A stretch of 64,000 bases of DNA from a virus: positions 45,022 through 109,021 of IMG/VR virus record IMGVR_UViG_3300032213_001637; one strand, written 5' to 3'. Positions within the stretch are counted from its first letter, which is position 1. Every line of letters starts with the position of its first letter. The notes beneath the pieces were generated by a model. That model had not been told where the DNA came from, ran no database searches, and saw only the letters and a list, made by a program, of their open reading frames with translations. Of this stretch, positions 38,105 through 47,301 are shown piece after piece. A program made the position numbers and the translations under genes.

Positions 38105-39781
38105 TTATTTCTTTAAGTCTACGGATGCACTGTCTACTTTTGCTAATGGCATGGTGATCAACGAGAAGTTTAGAAACAAATAATCATCGTTTCCGATTGT
38201 TAACGAAGCAGCCTGATCCGTGGTTCCACCTTCTCCACAAAGAGTTGGTCGATATGCAAAAATTGGATCCTTGGCATTTTTTGGAAGTGGCAAGTTAGGA
38301 TTAAACCAAACATGTCCACCTTCAGTGGTTTTAATCAAAAGATGTCGTTCATTTGAAGCGTTTGGTGAATTTGATTTAATCCAATTAATAGATCCCATTT
38401 TACTCGGATCACGTGCTGTCATATCTTCTGGATTAATTACGTTCATTTCAACGTTTGCAGTTGTATGCATTAATATACAACAATTGTTTTCACTAAATGG
38501 TGCTTTGCCATCAATATCAAATTCGGGACCATATATTGTCTTGCCGGCAATAATTCTGGTTGCTTTTGTTCCATCCAAGAAATCAAGATGTCCTGAAAAT
38601 TTGCTACCACCCATGTAATACAAATACTTTTTGCCAGTAGATGGTTTTGTTACAAATTTATAAAACGCATTACGAAAATCTGAAGTTATGGCAATATAAA
38701 ATTTAGTTCCTTGTCCAAGTGTTTCAAGTACAGACTTTCCATTAATAGTGATGGCTTTATTTTGTTCATCAAATGTAGTTGTCTTCGGATTAATCGTTAA
38801 TGGTGGAACCCGATAATGCCTCTTAATTCCTTCTATGAAAGATACCTTAATACTATCCCATATCATTTTAACTTTTCCATCGGTGAATGCCTTATCTAAT
38901 CCTAACATTCCAGAATACTGTGGGAAATCTACTCTACGTACTGACTGTACTTTTACCTTTGGATTAAATTCCGCACCTTTAAAGGAAATCCAAAATACAT
39001 CAGTTTCTTGATTGCACAATGCAATGTCTGCTTTAGCATCCTTACCTTTATTTAATCTTTTAGCGTAATCAACTTCAACTCCAGTGGCAACTCGTTCATT
39101 TTGGTCCCAAAAATGCAACCGCATTGGAGTTTTTTCTGGATTATTTTCTTTAAACCACACGTTCATATGATCAACTGCAATTTCTTCTTTTTCCTTGCCA
39201 GGCGATTTAGATACTACACCCAAAGTAAACAAATCGGGGTGTTCTTTTATCAACTTAAAAAACAACATAAGTTGTCCGAAAGCTATACCAGTATCAGTTT
39301 TAATACCATGTGTAGTGTTGATATTTGAAACTCGGGTACCTTTATTTGTAGCAATTCTTAATGAACTGTTACTATGTAATACTTTTAATCCCCCTTCTTC
39401 TTTTCCAATTTTTACGACATCACTCATTGTTAACGACGCATCTTGTTTACGATCTTTAGGAAACAATGTTGGTGGTTGATTTCTTGCGTTTGAAAGATCA
39501 AGTTTTCTTAAATCGTCATCGTCAAAAAATACACGTGCTTGTTCTGGTTTACCACGCCCAATTATTTTATTGATTAATGTGATATCTTCCTCGGATAATC
39601 CGTTTGATGGGGTTTTACTTTCAATTTCGTTGACCAATTTTGGTATTGAAAAATAAGAATCGTAACCACAATTTTCGATTGCGGTAACCAACAAATCATG
39701 ATCTAATTTGTCAATACCGCCAGTTTTTGAAAGTACCGAATACTCTAAAAGTATATCTTTGATGATTTTATCTTTATTCAT
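38105..39781 (-). CDS. Hypothetical protein with a PD-(D/E)xK-like nuclease motif
   Basis: E..A...N, KADIAL and WISFK resemble a restriction-like nuclease core. Confidence 0.5.
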   Translation of the reverse strand: MNKDKIIKDILLEYSVLSKTGGIDKLDHDLLVTAIENCGYDSYFSIPKLVNEIESKTPSNGLSEEDITLINKIIGRGKPEQARVFFDDDDLRKLDLSNARNQPPTLFPKDRKQDASLTMSDVVKIGKEEGGLKVLHSNSSLRIATNKGTRVSNINTTHGIKTDTGIAFGQLMLFFKLIKEHPDLFTLGVVSKSPGKEKEEIAVDHMNVWFKENNPEKTPMRLHFWDQNERVATGVEVDYAKRLNKGKDAKADIALCNQETDVFWISFKGAEFNPKVKVQSVRRVDFPQYSGMLGLDKAFTDGKVKMIWDSIKVSFIEGIKRHYRVPPLTINPKTTTFDEQNKAITINGKSVLETLGQGTKFYIAITSDFRNAFYKFVTKPSTGKKYLYYMGGSKFSGHLDFLDGTKATRIIAGKTIYGPEFDIDGKAPFSENNCCILMHTTANVEMNVINPEDMTARDPSKMGSINWIKSNSPNASNERHLLIKTTEGGHVWFNPNLPLPKNAKDPIFAYRPTLCGEGGTTDQAASLTIGNDDYLFLNFSLITMPLAKVDSASVDLKK

Positions 39782-39831
39782 GACGACACAATATTTAATA
39801 AATATTGCGTCTTATATGAAAACCTTTCTTT

Positions 39832-41175
39832 TTAGAAAGATACTGGAATCATGTCATGATAGTTCTTTCCTGTATAACACTTGGTTGGAAATCCTTGGTT
39901 CTCCATCAATCGTATAATTTCAGACAAAATACCCTGTTTACCCTCACTTTTATGTACATCAAACAACATAGAATCATAAGTGTACAAAATAGGTTTGGTC
40001 TGTTTATCACTCAAATAACGATTCACATCCATCAAACTCTGCATCGAATATTCAGTTTCAGACGCTTGAAGAATATAGTTGAACAACTTGTTCGGATTGG
40101 AATCCTTCAAGTGATTTGACGTTATAGGACGTTTAAAAATGGGAGTCTCAATATATCCAAAACTCTTAAAGAAATCCCACCGGTGCTCAATATATTCACG
40201 GATCTTCGCAAAATAAGGAATTTTAAGGTATTCATCAGAAATTGAACCATACAATTGTTGGAACGTTAACGTTTTCGCCTTCTTCAACTGATCTTCAGAA
40301 AGATCTTCGGATTTGAAGTAATATTGACCCAAATATGCATATATGTTAACATTTTTAGGAAAATCATATCGAATCAATTTTCCAATAATATGCGGATGAT
40401 ACGCGCTATAATCCAACATCACCAATATTCCATCATCACCAAACCTTGATACAAAACTCTTACGACATTCGTTTTCTTTGTTCAACGCGGAATAGTTGAT
40501 ACCGCCAAAACGATTGCTGGGACGACCCGTTGATGTAAAAATGTTATACTCGGTGTATATACGGTTGTTTACTACCAGATGTTTCTTATCAGGGAAGTGT
40601 TTCTCAAACTCAACCATATCAACGTACAATCCATGTGATTCAATAGATTGTAGAGTTTCTATAATCGATGTATTAACGTTGTGATATGAATCATCATACG
40701 TCTTTTTAATATGAACCTCTACATCTTCACATACGTCCAAAAATCGTGATATGTGATTGTTAACAGGAATTATCTTGTTGAGTTCATTATGATGATTGTA
40801 CTTGTTTCTAAAGAATAGGTGTGCCGAAGTATCATATTCGTCCTGATCAATAATCTCTCCTGATTCAATAAATGATATCAATGACAAATCATGAAGATTC
40901 TGAATCTTCAACAAATGAAGTACTTTACGTTTAGAAAAACAAAAGATACGTCCACGAATCGTATTTAACAGATTGATAATATCATCCTTAGATACAAACT
41001 CAACCGAATCATATGTGTCAATATGAATCGAATACCATTTGTTGTTTGACACCACCTTGATCAACACCAAACACGGTTCGTCTGACGCGGAATGTCTAAA
41101 ATCAGATAAAGGCACCACATCCAAAATGATGTCCTTCTTTCCAATCTCAGATATAATTTTTTTAACAAGATTCAC
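39832..41175 (-). CDS. Compact family A DNA polymerase
   Basis: TSTGRPSN, motif A LDYSAYH, motif B KAKTLTFQQLYG, NYILQASE, motif C YTYDSMLFD. GTG start. Confidence 0.88.
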   Translation of the reverse strand: MNLVKKIISEIGKKDIILDVVPLSDFRHSASDEPCLVLIKVVSNNKWYSIHIDTYDSVEFVSKDDIINLLNTIRGRIFCFSKRKVLHLLKIQNLHDLSLISFIESGEIIDQDEYDTSAHLFFRNKYNHHNELNKIIPVNNHISRFLDVCEDVEVHIKKTYDDSYHNVNTSIIETLQSIESHGLYVDMVEFEKHFPDKKHLVVNNRIYTEYNIFTSTGRPSNRFGGINYSALNKENECRKSFVSRFGDDGILVMLDYSAYHPHIIGKLIRYDFPKNVNIYAYLGQYYFKSEDLSEDQLKKAKTLTFQQLYGSISDEYLKIPYFAKIREYIEHRWDFFKSFGYIETPIFKRPITSNHLKDSNPNKLFNYILQASETEYSMQSLMDVNRYLSDKQTKPILYTYDSMLFDVHKSEGKQGILSEIIRLMENQGFPTKCYTGKNYHDMIPVSF

Positions 41176-41184
41176 TCACCTATA

Positions 41185-41213
41185 ACCATATCGTAACGAT
41201 TTCAAAATGTCAA
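41185..41213 (-). promoter_or_regulatory. Sigma70-type promoter, near-leaderless
   Basis: TTGACA-17nt-TATGGT, 9 nt before the GTG of the polymerase. Confidence 0.7.
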
Positions 41214-41587
41214 CCTTTAAACGCATTTAAATAATTCTCGCTAATTTTCAAGGTTATTCCAGTCATGTCTTTTTCTGCCAACTTAACTTGTTTACGATTA
41301 TACTCGTAAGCACCTTCTTGAATCACCTTGCCATCTTTAATAACGTCACGTTGTATTCCAGATACTTGCCAATTGATGCTTGATTTCTTATAGATATTTT
41401 CTGGAAGATTTCTAAAATTGTCACCCTCAACTTCAATAACGTCGTTGTCGTTGATCTTTTTAACAAAATAACGACGTGTATAAGGAATACTATAGTCAAT
41501 GTCAGAAGACGAAAACAAATACGCACGTGGAAATATCGATGGTATTATATCCCCAGCTAAATTAATATATTTACTCAATTCAATCAT
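41210..41587 (-). CDS. Hypothetical protein at the end of the baseplate operon
   Basis: RYFVKK.N...IEV, WQVSG; coupled to the upstream gene. Confidence 0.65.
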   Translation of the reverse strand: MIELSKYINLAGDIIPSIFPRAYLFSSSDIDYSIPYTRRYFVKKINDNDVIEVEGDNFRNLPENIYKKSSINWQVSGIQRDVIKDGKVIQEGAYEYNRKQVKLAEKDMTGITLKISENYLNAFKG

Positions 41588-44040
41588 AATTTAACGTTCA
41601 ATCCTTTTGTTGGTCGAAGTCCTGCCGTTATTGTGGTCGTCCATGTACCATTGCTTTGTAAACTATGTTTTACATCTTCTATCTGAAATAAGATGTCTTT
41701 ATCATACGGTTCAGGTAAATTGTCAATACCAAAAATTTGGAAAGTTTTTAAACCGCCAATACCAGTTAATGTAATTTCAGCTTTAATTCCCGGTTGTGGG
41801 AATGAATTAATCGAACCATTGTTTGGATCTTTATCGTTAACCAATAAAGTCAATAAATCTTTTTGAGTCAGTACCAACTTACGAATATATGTTTTTTCTT
41901 CTCCGTTTTCACGGGTTATAACACCATAAATGTATGCACCTTCCTTTACATCTCTCTCTTTTTGAAGTTGATTTTGAAATTGATTTTGTTTATCATCTAA
42001 TCTTTTACGTTCAGCCTCAACGTTTTGTTTATCTTTGAGTAAAGTTTGTGGATCTTTTGGAGATAAGTATGATGCGTCATTGGTTAATTTGAAAAATCTA
42101 TCTCTTGTTACAAATCCAAACGGATTCTTCATTGGAACAGATGTTTTGTTATCATTTGGTGAATTATATAAAACCGACATCGTCACTTTATCACTTAATT
42201 TAACACTGAAATTTAATGCTTGAATATTATTTCGACTTGCTCTATTTTTAAAGAAATACAAATACGGACGTTTATCCGAATTTAATTCTTGCAAGCGTTT
42301 CAAACTAAAACAATCATTATCAATAATAGATAACAACGAATTAGAGGGACCAAATTGAATAAGATTAAACTTCCACAATCCATTTACCGCTTCAGATATT
42401 TTATTCAACACAAAGTTTAAAATATCAGTGACCGTTTCGGATTTCTCAATCGCTTTTATGACTACATCTTTATGAATATACAAGTTCTCCAACTTGCCTA
42501 AATTATAATCGTATTGTTTTGATGGAAATTCAACATCGATGGGATTTTTACCCCCGTTATTTATTCTAAAGTAATTAATAATTTCATTGAGATCTTGTCT
42601 GGTTGTACTATTGAATACTGATTGTAGAGTTTTGTCCGCATAACTCATTGCAGATGGATCGGTGCCGTCCTTTTGTGTATCCGGCGTTGTATAGTTTTTT
42701 GAGTTTCCACGATCTTCGACCGATGGTGAAATATTAGGAGCCTGAGAATTTGGTATTAACAATACTTTACCGTCGGTGCTGATCAAATTCTTGTGTCCTC
42801 CAATCCACGAAGATGATATATCAATTCTTCCGAATGTAGCTCCGTTTTTATTAGACACACTTTCACAATACTTATTGATCAAATCTATAAACAAACCCAT
42901 AGTGATCCAAAACTCATCATTTGCACCAGAGTCAAAACTGTATTTTGTTACATTATCAATCTTTGTACGTGGATCATTAGAAGTATCCAAGTTACGTGGA
43001 ATGAATACCCGTGTTTCTGGTCCCGAAAGAGTTGGGAATAGTGGATTACTGCCATTTAAACCAGTTAATACGGTCTTTGGCAGCGATTTAAAATCTCCAT
43101 TGATATAATCCCGTAATCCTTTGACTGGTTCTGGCGTTTTGTTTCCTTTACTATCAGCAGGAGATGTTGATGCCAAAGCGTTACTACGAGTTTGAACACC
43201 ACTGTATATAAAGCTATTGCTTTTTATTTCTGTTGTACAATCATATGAACCATCTGCTTGTAAAGAATAATCAAAACTACTTATGATACCACAAGTTAAA
43301 TCATATAGACCTTTACCATCGTCAACAATCAATTGTTGTTCCAATGGATCTGTGTAAATTCCCAATAGACCAAATCCCTTGGTTTTTCTAGGATCTTGAG
43401 GATCTCCAGATGGTCCGGGAGTTTTATCGTCAGTAGACTCCTTCATTTTGGCAGGTTGGCCTAAATCGTTTAAATTCAACAAACTCTTTGGGTTATAATG
43501 ATTCCAACCCCATTCAATGAACATTGAAACGTTGGGAGACATAAAGTATGGTGACATGTAATTCAAATGATCTTTGGAATAACACTTCCACTTGATCGTA
43601 ATCTGACGATACATCGACTTTTGCATTACAGCATCAACGCTGATGATGCCTGGTGGTGGAACATGTTTGTTTATAATTCCATCTTGAGTATTTTCACCAG
43701 CAATAATATGTTCGACTCCTGAAGGAGTAAATCCCAACACCGTTTCAGTTTTGTTGTAAGTGGTTGGACCAAAGCCATAGTCTTTATAAAAACCATTTGC
43801 ACCACCCATTACAAAACCTTCTTTAGAACCATATCTCGATTCACCAATACCATTGGAACATACACGAACCCAACAACGCATTGGTCCTTTGTATGTATTC
43901 CAATTACCGTCATCGTCCCAACTAGCTACCGTATTGGAAATGAAGTTCATTCCAACATCTTTTTCACGACGTTCTAGTTCGTCACGAATAAATTTTGGAA
44001 ATGGTTGAATTTCAAATGGTGCTACAAAGTTAGTGGCCAT
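41584..44040 (-). CDS. Baseplate hub-like protein
   Basis: PPGI.SV, IKWKCYS, FIEWGW, G.ISSFDYS...GSYDCTTE, ITLTGIGG..F, FQIEDVKHSL..WTTTI. Follows the LysM gene in the tail module. Confidence 0.65.
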   Translation of the reverse strand: MATNFVAPFEIQPFPKFIRDELERREKDVGMNFISNTVASWDDDGNWNTYKGPMRCWVRVCSNGIGESRYGSKEGFVMGGANGFYKDYGFGPTTYNKTETVLGFTPSGVEHIIAGENTQDGIINKHVPPPGIISVDAVMQKSMYRQITIKWKCYSKDHLNYMSPYFMSPNVSMFIEWGWNHYNPKSLLNLNDLGQPAKMKESTDDKTPGPSGDPQDPRKTKGFGLLGIYTDPLEQQLIVDDGKGLYDLTCGIISSFDYSLQADGSYDCTTEIKSNSFIYSGVQTRSNALASTSPADSKGNKTPEPVKGLRDYINGDFKSLPKTVLTGLNGSNPLFPTLSGPETRVFIPRNLDTSNDPRTKIDNVTKYSFDSGANDEFWITMGLFIDLINKYCESVSNKNGATFGRIDISSSWIGGHKNLISTDGKVLLIPNSQAPNISPSVEDRGNSKNYTTPDTQKDGTDPSAMSYADKTLQSVFNSTTRQDLNEIINYFRINNGGKNPIDVEFPSKQYDYNLGKLENLYIHKDVVIKAIEKSETVTDILNFVLNKISEAVNGLWKFNLIQFGPSNSLLSIIDNDCFSLKRLQELNSDKRPYLYFFKNRASRNNIQALNFSVKLSDKVTMSVLYNSPNDNKTSVPMKNPFGFVTRDRFFKLTNDASYLSPKDPQTLLKDKQNVEAERKRLDDKQNQFQNQLQKERDVKEGAYIYGVITRENGEEKTYIRKLVLTQKDLLTLLVNDKDPNNGSINSFPQPGIKAEITLTGIGGLKTFQIFGIDNLPEPYDKDILFQIEDVKHSLQSNGTWTTTITAGLRPTKGLNVKL

Positions 44041-44045
44041 AACAG

Positions 44046-44342
44046 TTAGGAATTAATCGAGGTATAATTATTGAGAATTGTGGTTATATTGATAGGTATA
44101 CGTAATTGTAATCCTACAGGAACCGATAATTTTCCTTTTCCAATATTATTTGCTTGAGCAATAATCCACCACAATGAAGGATTCTTATAATATTTGAACG
44201 CTAAATTATCCAACGTGTCACTTTCGTTTGTTACAACATACATATCAGATGAAGTGACTGGAATATTTGGATACAATCGTGTACCGAAATATCTTTTACC
44301 ATCCCATCTTTTCTTTATGTTGACACTTTTGTCATATCTCAT
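44046..44342 (-). CDS. LysM-domain baseplate wedge protein (gp53/tail X-like)
   Basis: DTLDNLAFKYYKNPSLWWIIAQAN..G.QLRIP. Confidence 0.85.
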   Translation of the reverse strand: MRYDKSVNIKKRWDGKRYFGTRLYPNIPVTSSDMYVVTNESDTLDNLAFKYYKNPSLWWIIAQANNIGKGKLSVPVGLQLRIPINITTILNNYTSINS

Positions 44343-44352
44343 ATCTCAATAA

Positions 44353-47292
44353 TTATACACGATTAACCGTTAAGGCTTCTGAAAACTCATTATTAAATCC
44401 TCCAACCAATCCAATGTTCTTAAGATCTCTTGGAGCATGTCCAAAGTTTGCCATTCCAGTGACAGGTCGTTCTTTGAACAACGGTGTCAAATCAACTGAT
44501 ATTTCAACTTCTCTTGGAAATTGAGCAACTTTTCCTTTTGAACCAGTCCATGTAATAATGTTATTCAAATATGACCAATCTTGTTCCGAGTTTTCACTCA
44601 CAGTTTCCCACGACGCTCCTTCTGGTATGGTGAGTCCTACTCGATTAATAATAATAGGTTGTTCTTTATATATGTCGCCTAACGTCAATAATACAAACGC
44701 AGGAATGATGAATTGATTCTCACTGCCACCACCTTGACTTGGTGCAGATGTATAATTTGCAGGCATTGTTAATCCGCACAAATAATTTACACGTGTCCAC
44801 ATCGGCAACAACTCTTTGATACTGTTGGCAATTACCTTGAAACTGAAACTCAACTGACGAGTTACACCATCATACACATATAGTTTGTCAGCACGACCAA
44901 TATATTTGTAATTTACCCAGTCGGCTTGAAAACTGTCACTGATTCCAGTTACCGATGCTCTAAACGGTATATACTTTTCATTGATCATGTCATAAAAGTA
45001 AAACGCAATTAGATCATCGTTGTATGGTTCGTATGTAGACCAACCAGAAATTCCGGTGTCATCTTTGATCTTTTTATCTTTTTCAATAATAGTCAATCGA
45101 TTCAATCCATCACTTGTATTAGATGTTGCCATTTTACGACTATTAATACGTGCGTGTTTGCCCATACCGTCCAACAATTGTGTATTGTCTTTATAATCGT
45201 CAACCAACATTTTATCGTTGATATTTGACTGTTTGAGTTTATCTATTCCAAATAATGTCGTGTTTGGACTTGTAAATACACGTGTATCGGCATTAGTAAA
45301 CGCTACCGAATAACCGGCTTTCTTAATATTTTCAACCAATTTGTTAAGATTATCGATTTGTTTTTTATTAACAGGATCTTCTTTTTTGGACTGAAGAGTT
45401 GAGTTAATACGATCACCAACATCATTGGTTTCAGTGTCTAAATTTTTTGATTTGTCGTCTTCTACCTTGGTCAAAATTTCAGCAAGAACTCCATTTTCGT
45501 TATCGTTTAGAATAAAATTCTGACGGTTCTTTGAGTATGTACCATCAACGGTATAAGCAGGTCTTGTTGGATCCGATCCACGTTTTGGAATTTGATCAAT
45601 TGTCTTTAACTTAGCTGTATCAGGTGTATCATTTAATCCAAGATTGGTGTAGATCTTTTTCTTGTTGTCAGTAATATCCGTGACAATACGATCTTCTTGC
45701 TTTTGTTGAAGAGTTGCGTTGATTGGTTCTCCAATATCGTTAACCGCTGATGGTACGTTTACGAATTTACTGTCTTCAAGATTCTTCTTGAATTCAGACA
45801 ACACACCGTTTCCACCTTCATCTTTTCTATTCTTAGAATAAGTACCGTCAACATTGTATGCTGCACGTTTTTCGTCGCCGGATCCTTGACGAGTTGGTAT
45901 AGATGTAAATGGCTTTACTTCAAATACGGTAGGAACAGATTCAAATCCGTACTTTTTGTAAAATGATTCTTGTGGTCTTAGAATAATTGGATCATCTGCG
46001 TTGGTTAAATCAACAGGTGCAACATCCATCTTAGTCTGAAACGTACTTGTCTTGTCGAGAAACTTTTTATAGTTCATCAACATCACAGAAAACTTGAAAT
46101 TGTTAGCAGAATCTTTACGATATGCTTCAATTCCTACTGATTTTCCATACTTTTCAACGTTATCTACATCTTTTTGAAAAGTAAATCCCGTGGATCCTCC
46201 ATTGATTGATGGTCCAGACACGTCTGTTCCAGAAATCTTTTGATCACTACCATCAATAAACTTGATTTTTCTGTTTTGTGGTACTTCATTTCCGTTTTTA
46301 CGAATGTTTTTTGGTCCTCCATCAGAACTTCCCGCAATCCACAACTGTGTTAGTTGAATTTCAGCACCAGTAATTACATGGTTTTTGGTAAACTTGCCCT
46401 TAAGATCCGAGATCATCATTCCATACGCACCTTCATCCGCTCTATATCCTGTGTTAACAGGCTGTTTACTATTGATTAGTGATGGAAACACTGATGCGGC
46501 CATTGACTTGAGAAAATCCTTTTTTGCATTACCACCCCAACGAGATGCAAGTGAAGTGTAACCAGAGGATGCAGTTTTTCCTCTGATCAAACCCTTGCCA
46601 CCCCCCACCGATTGTTTTGATAGTGGCGAATTATCAGCACTATCGTTGATTCCATCTCCTACAGTACCCTTAGGCGATGATTTGCCGTTGTTTACACTGA
46701 ATCCTACCACACTTGCCAATGCGCCTAAAATACCGCCACTCAAATCAATATGTCTAGTTGGTCTAGGAAGTAATCCTAATGAACCCGGACGTGTTGCAGC
46801 AAGGATAGGCATCAACGGGTTGTACAAATTGGTTTCATTGAACGGTTGTAGGTTTTGTAACAATGACTGTTTCAACAAAAATATAACACCGTTTCCAGAT
46901 ACACTGTATTTAGAAATACGTACTACGTCTTGTAATGTTGATCCAATTGGAAATGCGCGACTGTCATATTTCTTTATTGCATTTGTTCCACTGTTTCCTT
47001 CATTTGGATTATACCAAACAAATGGTTGACGTGGTCCAAATCGCAACAAACTATTCGCATAATCAGTTTTTGCAGTAAATCTGGTTAGAATCTTCTGATT
47101 ATTGGCAGTATACAACTTCTCAATCTTACCCGGAACAGATGTTGTCGGATAGTCAAGTGGTACCGTATTGATCGGCGGTACCATATTACGTGGGTTGTTT
47201 GGATCACTTCCCGGCGTTGGAGAACTAGAAGCGTTATTATAACGTATTTCTAGTGGAAACGCTATTGAGTTTCTTTGAATTTGATCAGCCAT
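44353..47292 (-). CDS. Large tail/baseplate protein with a C-terminal tube-initiator-like domain
   Basis: C-terminal PFRA..TGISDSF.ADW..Y.GRAD..Y.G.TRQLSFSF, LTLGD and W. Lies between the tape measure and LysM genes; has an internal ~100 aa duplication. Confidence 0.65.
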   Translation of the reverse strand: MADQIQRNSIAFPLEIRYNNASSSPTPGSDPNNPRNMVPPINTVPLDYPTTSVPGKIEKLYTANNQKILTRFTAKTDYANSLLRFGPRQPFVWYNPNEGNSGTNAIKKYDSRAFPIGSTLQDVVRISKYSVSGNGVIFLLKQSLLQNLQPFNETNLYNPLMPILAATRPGSLGLLPRPTRHIDLSGGILGALASVVGFSVNNGKSSPKGTVGDGINDSADNSPLSKQSVGGGKGLIRGKTASSGYTSLASRWGGNAKKDFLKSMAASVFPSLINSKQPVNTGYRADEGAYGMMISDLKGKFTKNHVITGAEIQLTQLWIAGSSDGGPKNIRKNGNEVPQNRKIKFIDGSDQKISGTDVSGPSINGGSTGFTFQKDVDNVEKYGKSVGIEAYRKDSANNFKFSVMLMNYKKFLDKTSTFQTKMDVAPVDLTNADDPIILRPQESFYKKYGFESVPTVFEVKPFTSIPTRQGSGDEKRAAYNVDGTYSKNRKDEGGNGVLSEFKKNLEDSKFVNVPSAVNDIGEPINATLQQKQEDRIVTDITDNKKKIYTNLGLNDTPDTAKLKTIDQIPKRGSDPTRPAYTVDGTYSKNRQNFILNDNENGVLAEILTKVEDDKSKNLDTETNDVGDRINSTLQSKKEDPVNKKQIDNLNKLVENIKKAGYSVAFTNADTRVFTSPNTTLFGIDKLKQSNINDKMLVDDYKDNTQLLDGMGKHARINSRKMATSNTSDGLNRLTIIEKDKKIKDDTGISGWSTYEPYNDDLIAFYFYDMINEKYIPFRASVTGISDSFQADWVNYKYIGRADKLYVYDGVTRQLSFSFKVIANSIKELLPMWTRVNYLCGLTMPANYTSAPSQGGGSENQFIIPAFVLLTLGDIYKEQPIIINRVGLTIPEGASWETVSENSEQDWSYLNNIITWTGSKGKVAQFPREVEISVDLTPLFKERPVTGMANFGHAPRDLKNIGLVGGFNNEFSEALTVNRV

Positions 47293-47301
47293 ATTCTATA
47301 A

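Noticed and set aside
28813-41175. Inteins or group I introns in nrdAB, helicase, recA or polymerase
   Set aside because: The ORFs are uninterrupted and of normal or compact size, with no splicing or homing-endonuclease motifs.
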